From: Bacteroidia bacterium
Lineage (GTDB): Bacteria; Bacteroidota; Bacteroidia; M30B66
DNA: 64,000 nucleotides
Reading direction: 5' to 3'
Assembly (NCBI GenBank): GCA_965279035.1
Contig: OZ257142.1
Coordinates: 4,136,667-4,200,666 of the forward strand
The notes under the pieces are model-generated. The model ran no database searches and was not told the origin of the DNA. It worked only from the letters and a program-made list of their open reading frames with translations. Shown here one piece after another: positions 63,301-64,000 of the stretch. Made by a program: the position numbers and the translations under genes. Within the stretch, counting starts at the first letter, position 1; every line of letters begins with the position of its first letter.

Positions 63301-63794
63301 GTCCAGGATCGCGTTTTACATTTAATGGAGAAACACGTTCGGGTAGGAAATTAAGCACTACGGCCTATTATAGCACTCGAAATTATTCAATTCATTATGT
63401 TGAATTTGAGCCGAAGGTTTCGTATCAACCCAATGCGGCATTTCGACTTACGATAAATTACAAACGAACGGTAAAAAATAATTCAAAAGAATTGGGCGGA
63501 GAAAAGGCTTTGTCGCAAACTGCAGGAATTGATTTAAAATACAATGTGGCGAATAAAGGTAGTTTTCAAGCCAAGGCGAATTTTATTTTGATCAGTTTTG
63601 ATGGAACTCAAAATACGCCCGTTGCCTTCGAAATGCAGGAAGGATTACGTAATGGGAACAACTATACTTGGGGCGTAACATATCAAAGAACCTTGTCGAA
63701 CAACATGCAAATCAATTTTAATTATGATGGCAGAAAATCTCCCAATGTTAAAACTGTTCATATTGGAGGAGTTCAGGTAAGGGTTTTCTTTTGA
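60306..63794 (+). CDS. Large putative outer-membrane beta-barrel protein of unknown function
   Basis: Signal peptide, 1162 aa, SGSISRG, many amphipathic strands, C-terminal VQVRVFF. Confidence 0.85.
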   Translation: MQRLLMIILVFMMMDGIVSAQTVSSLRKRNILLQGDTIRIDTFSIVQGSFQFLKAGNDTSNYQLLADEGILVRKSGRQNPPSDSISIQYRVFPFNFSEPVRNKQRQRATPEQRGIYNPFVYTPSKSNENLLKFEGLNKSGSISRGISVGNNQDLSVNSTLNLQLSGKLSSDIDISAAITDDNIPIQPDGNTQQLQDFDRVYIQLSNEKAKLIVGDFQITRPESYFMNFNKRLQGGSFDTHFSTAILDEKKHAPAKVKIGGSAAVARGRFNRNQIQGVEGNQGPYRLRGANNEQFIVILSGSEKVYIDGRQLKRGQEFDYVIDYNSAELTFTSRRLITKDLRIFVEFEYSDRNYARSLLYFNNEVEQGKLTTRINIYSEQDSRNQPLQQQLNADQKLVLAQAGDNPQNALIESIDSVGFSADLILYDQRDTVVNGVLYQHILVFSTNPDSALYKASFSNVGANKGDYVQVNSIANGRVYKWVAPINGIPQGNYVSKTQLIPPIKRQVMTFGTEYRFSKTFKFTSEVAYSNYDVNTFSSIGNNDNEGYAFRAAMEKTQLLGKDSLPWKLVSTVSYEQVDKHFNPIERFRNVEFDRDWNLQKVISQPAAEYLPRVNINLSKSAIGTNNYLFTAFLKGDQLRATQHALNSDMKFKGFALNYAGSLTDSKGTENNTLFYRHRTTFTKDIRWIQLGYKDEYEHNLLRDVLQDTLRATSYTFFDRQAFIQNVDTSKRKFNFFYRIRTDEGVLNRNLKEYAWAENYGFSMDLSTNENIQFRTTTSFRRLDIRDTVLSKLKPERTLVNRIELSVRALKSSIQSNTFYEAGSGLETRKSFSYLEVQPGQGVYAWTDYNGNGIKELNEFEVSVFPDQARYIRVFTPTTDFIRVYSSSLNEALNLKAPKTWTQSKGIKKWIARISTQSALRYDGRTTNTNVLEAYNPFSAGIEDSSLITLNQTLRNSVFFNKSDPKFGFDLNWQRIGTKALLNNGLEARENRFSNHRIRWSPGSRFTFNGETRSGRKLSTTAYYSTRNYSIHYVEFEPKVSYQPNAAFRLTINYKRTVKNNSKELGGEKALSQTAGIDLKYNVANKGSFQAKANFILISFDGTQNTPVAFEMQEGLRNGNNYTWGVTYQRTLSNNMQINFNYDGRKSPNVKTVHIGGVQVRVFF

Positions 63795-63930
63795 TTGATT
63801 TTTATTTTGAAAAAATATCGAAAATTAAATTGTTCGTTTCTCTGTGAATTATAAATACTTAAATGAGATAGAATCGAAATAAAATCATTTATTTTTAGCC
63901 CCTACAACCAACCAATATAAGCGCTCTGTA

Positions 63931-64000
63931 ATGTCAGTGAAGAAGCCGAAAGCCAAGTATCCAACGGTCATGTTAGTTGATGACAGTGAGATTGATAATT
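63931..64000 (+). CDS. Response regulator, 5' fragment (runs off the window)
   Basis: MSVKKPKAKYPTVMLVDDSEIDN is a receiver-domain N-terminus. Confidence 0.7.
   Translation, partial: MSVKKPKAKYPTVMLVDDSEIDN

Overview
64-kb chromosomal window from a Bacteroidota bacterium (TAnnTTTG promoters, gldA, a T9SS type-B CTD protein, a murF-alr fusion, Bacteroidota-type rRNA). It is mostly housekeeping: dnaK (5'-truncated), hemH, rsmI, tdk, murF-alr, gldA, metK, der-era, a full minus-strand rrn operon (16S-tRNAIle-tRNAAla-23S-5S, then tRNA-fMet), pepC, prs-rplY-pth, xseAB, sucAB, priA and xth. The unexplained signal is non-coding. (1) An intact tRNA-Leu(CAA) gene is followed by a lone short GIY-YIG nuclease gene and a second tRNA-Leu+terminator copy. 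In that copy, 3 nt of the D-loop and 3 nt at the start of the T-loop are each replaced by an 18-nt CCGATA-NN-TATCGG palindrome, which suggests an integrase-free, tRNA-targeting element. (2) Three ~400-440 bp non-coding elements have the ends of the resident IS982 (one with a perfect 8-bp target duplication) and carry a conserved, covarying, pseudoknot-forming core. (3) The 16S-23S spacer holds a third, anticodon-less tRNA-like fold. (4) A candidate sRNA converges on the dnaK terminator. Also present: an IS4-family and an IS982-family element with clean ends, three Flavo-1-like RNAs, several REP-like repeats, a nonsense-interrupted response regulator and a MetK with a histone-H1-like tail. All calls are by eye; no database searches or folding programs were run.
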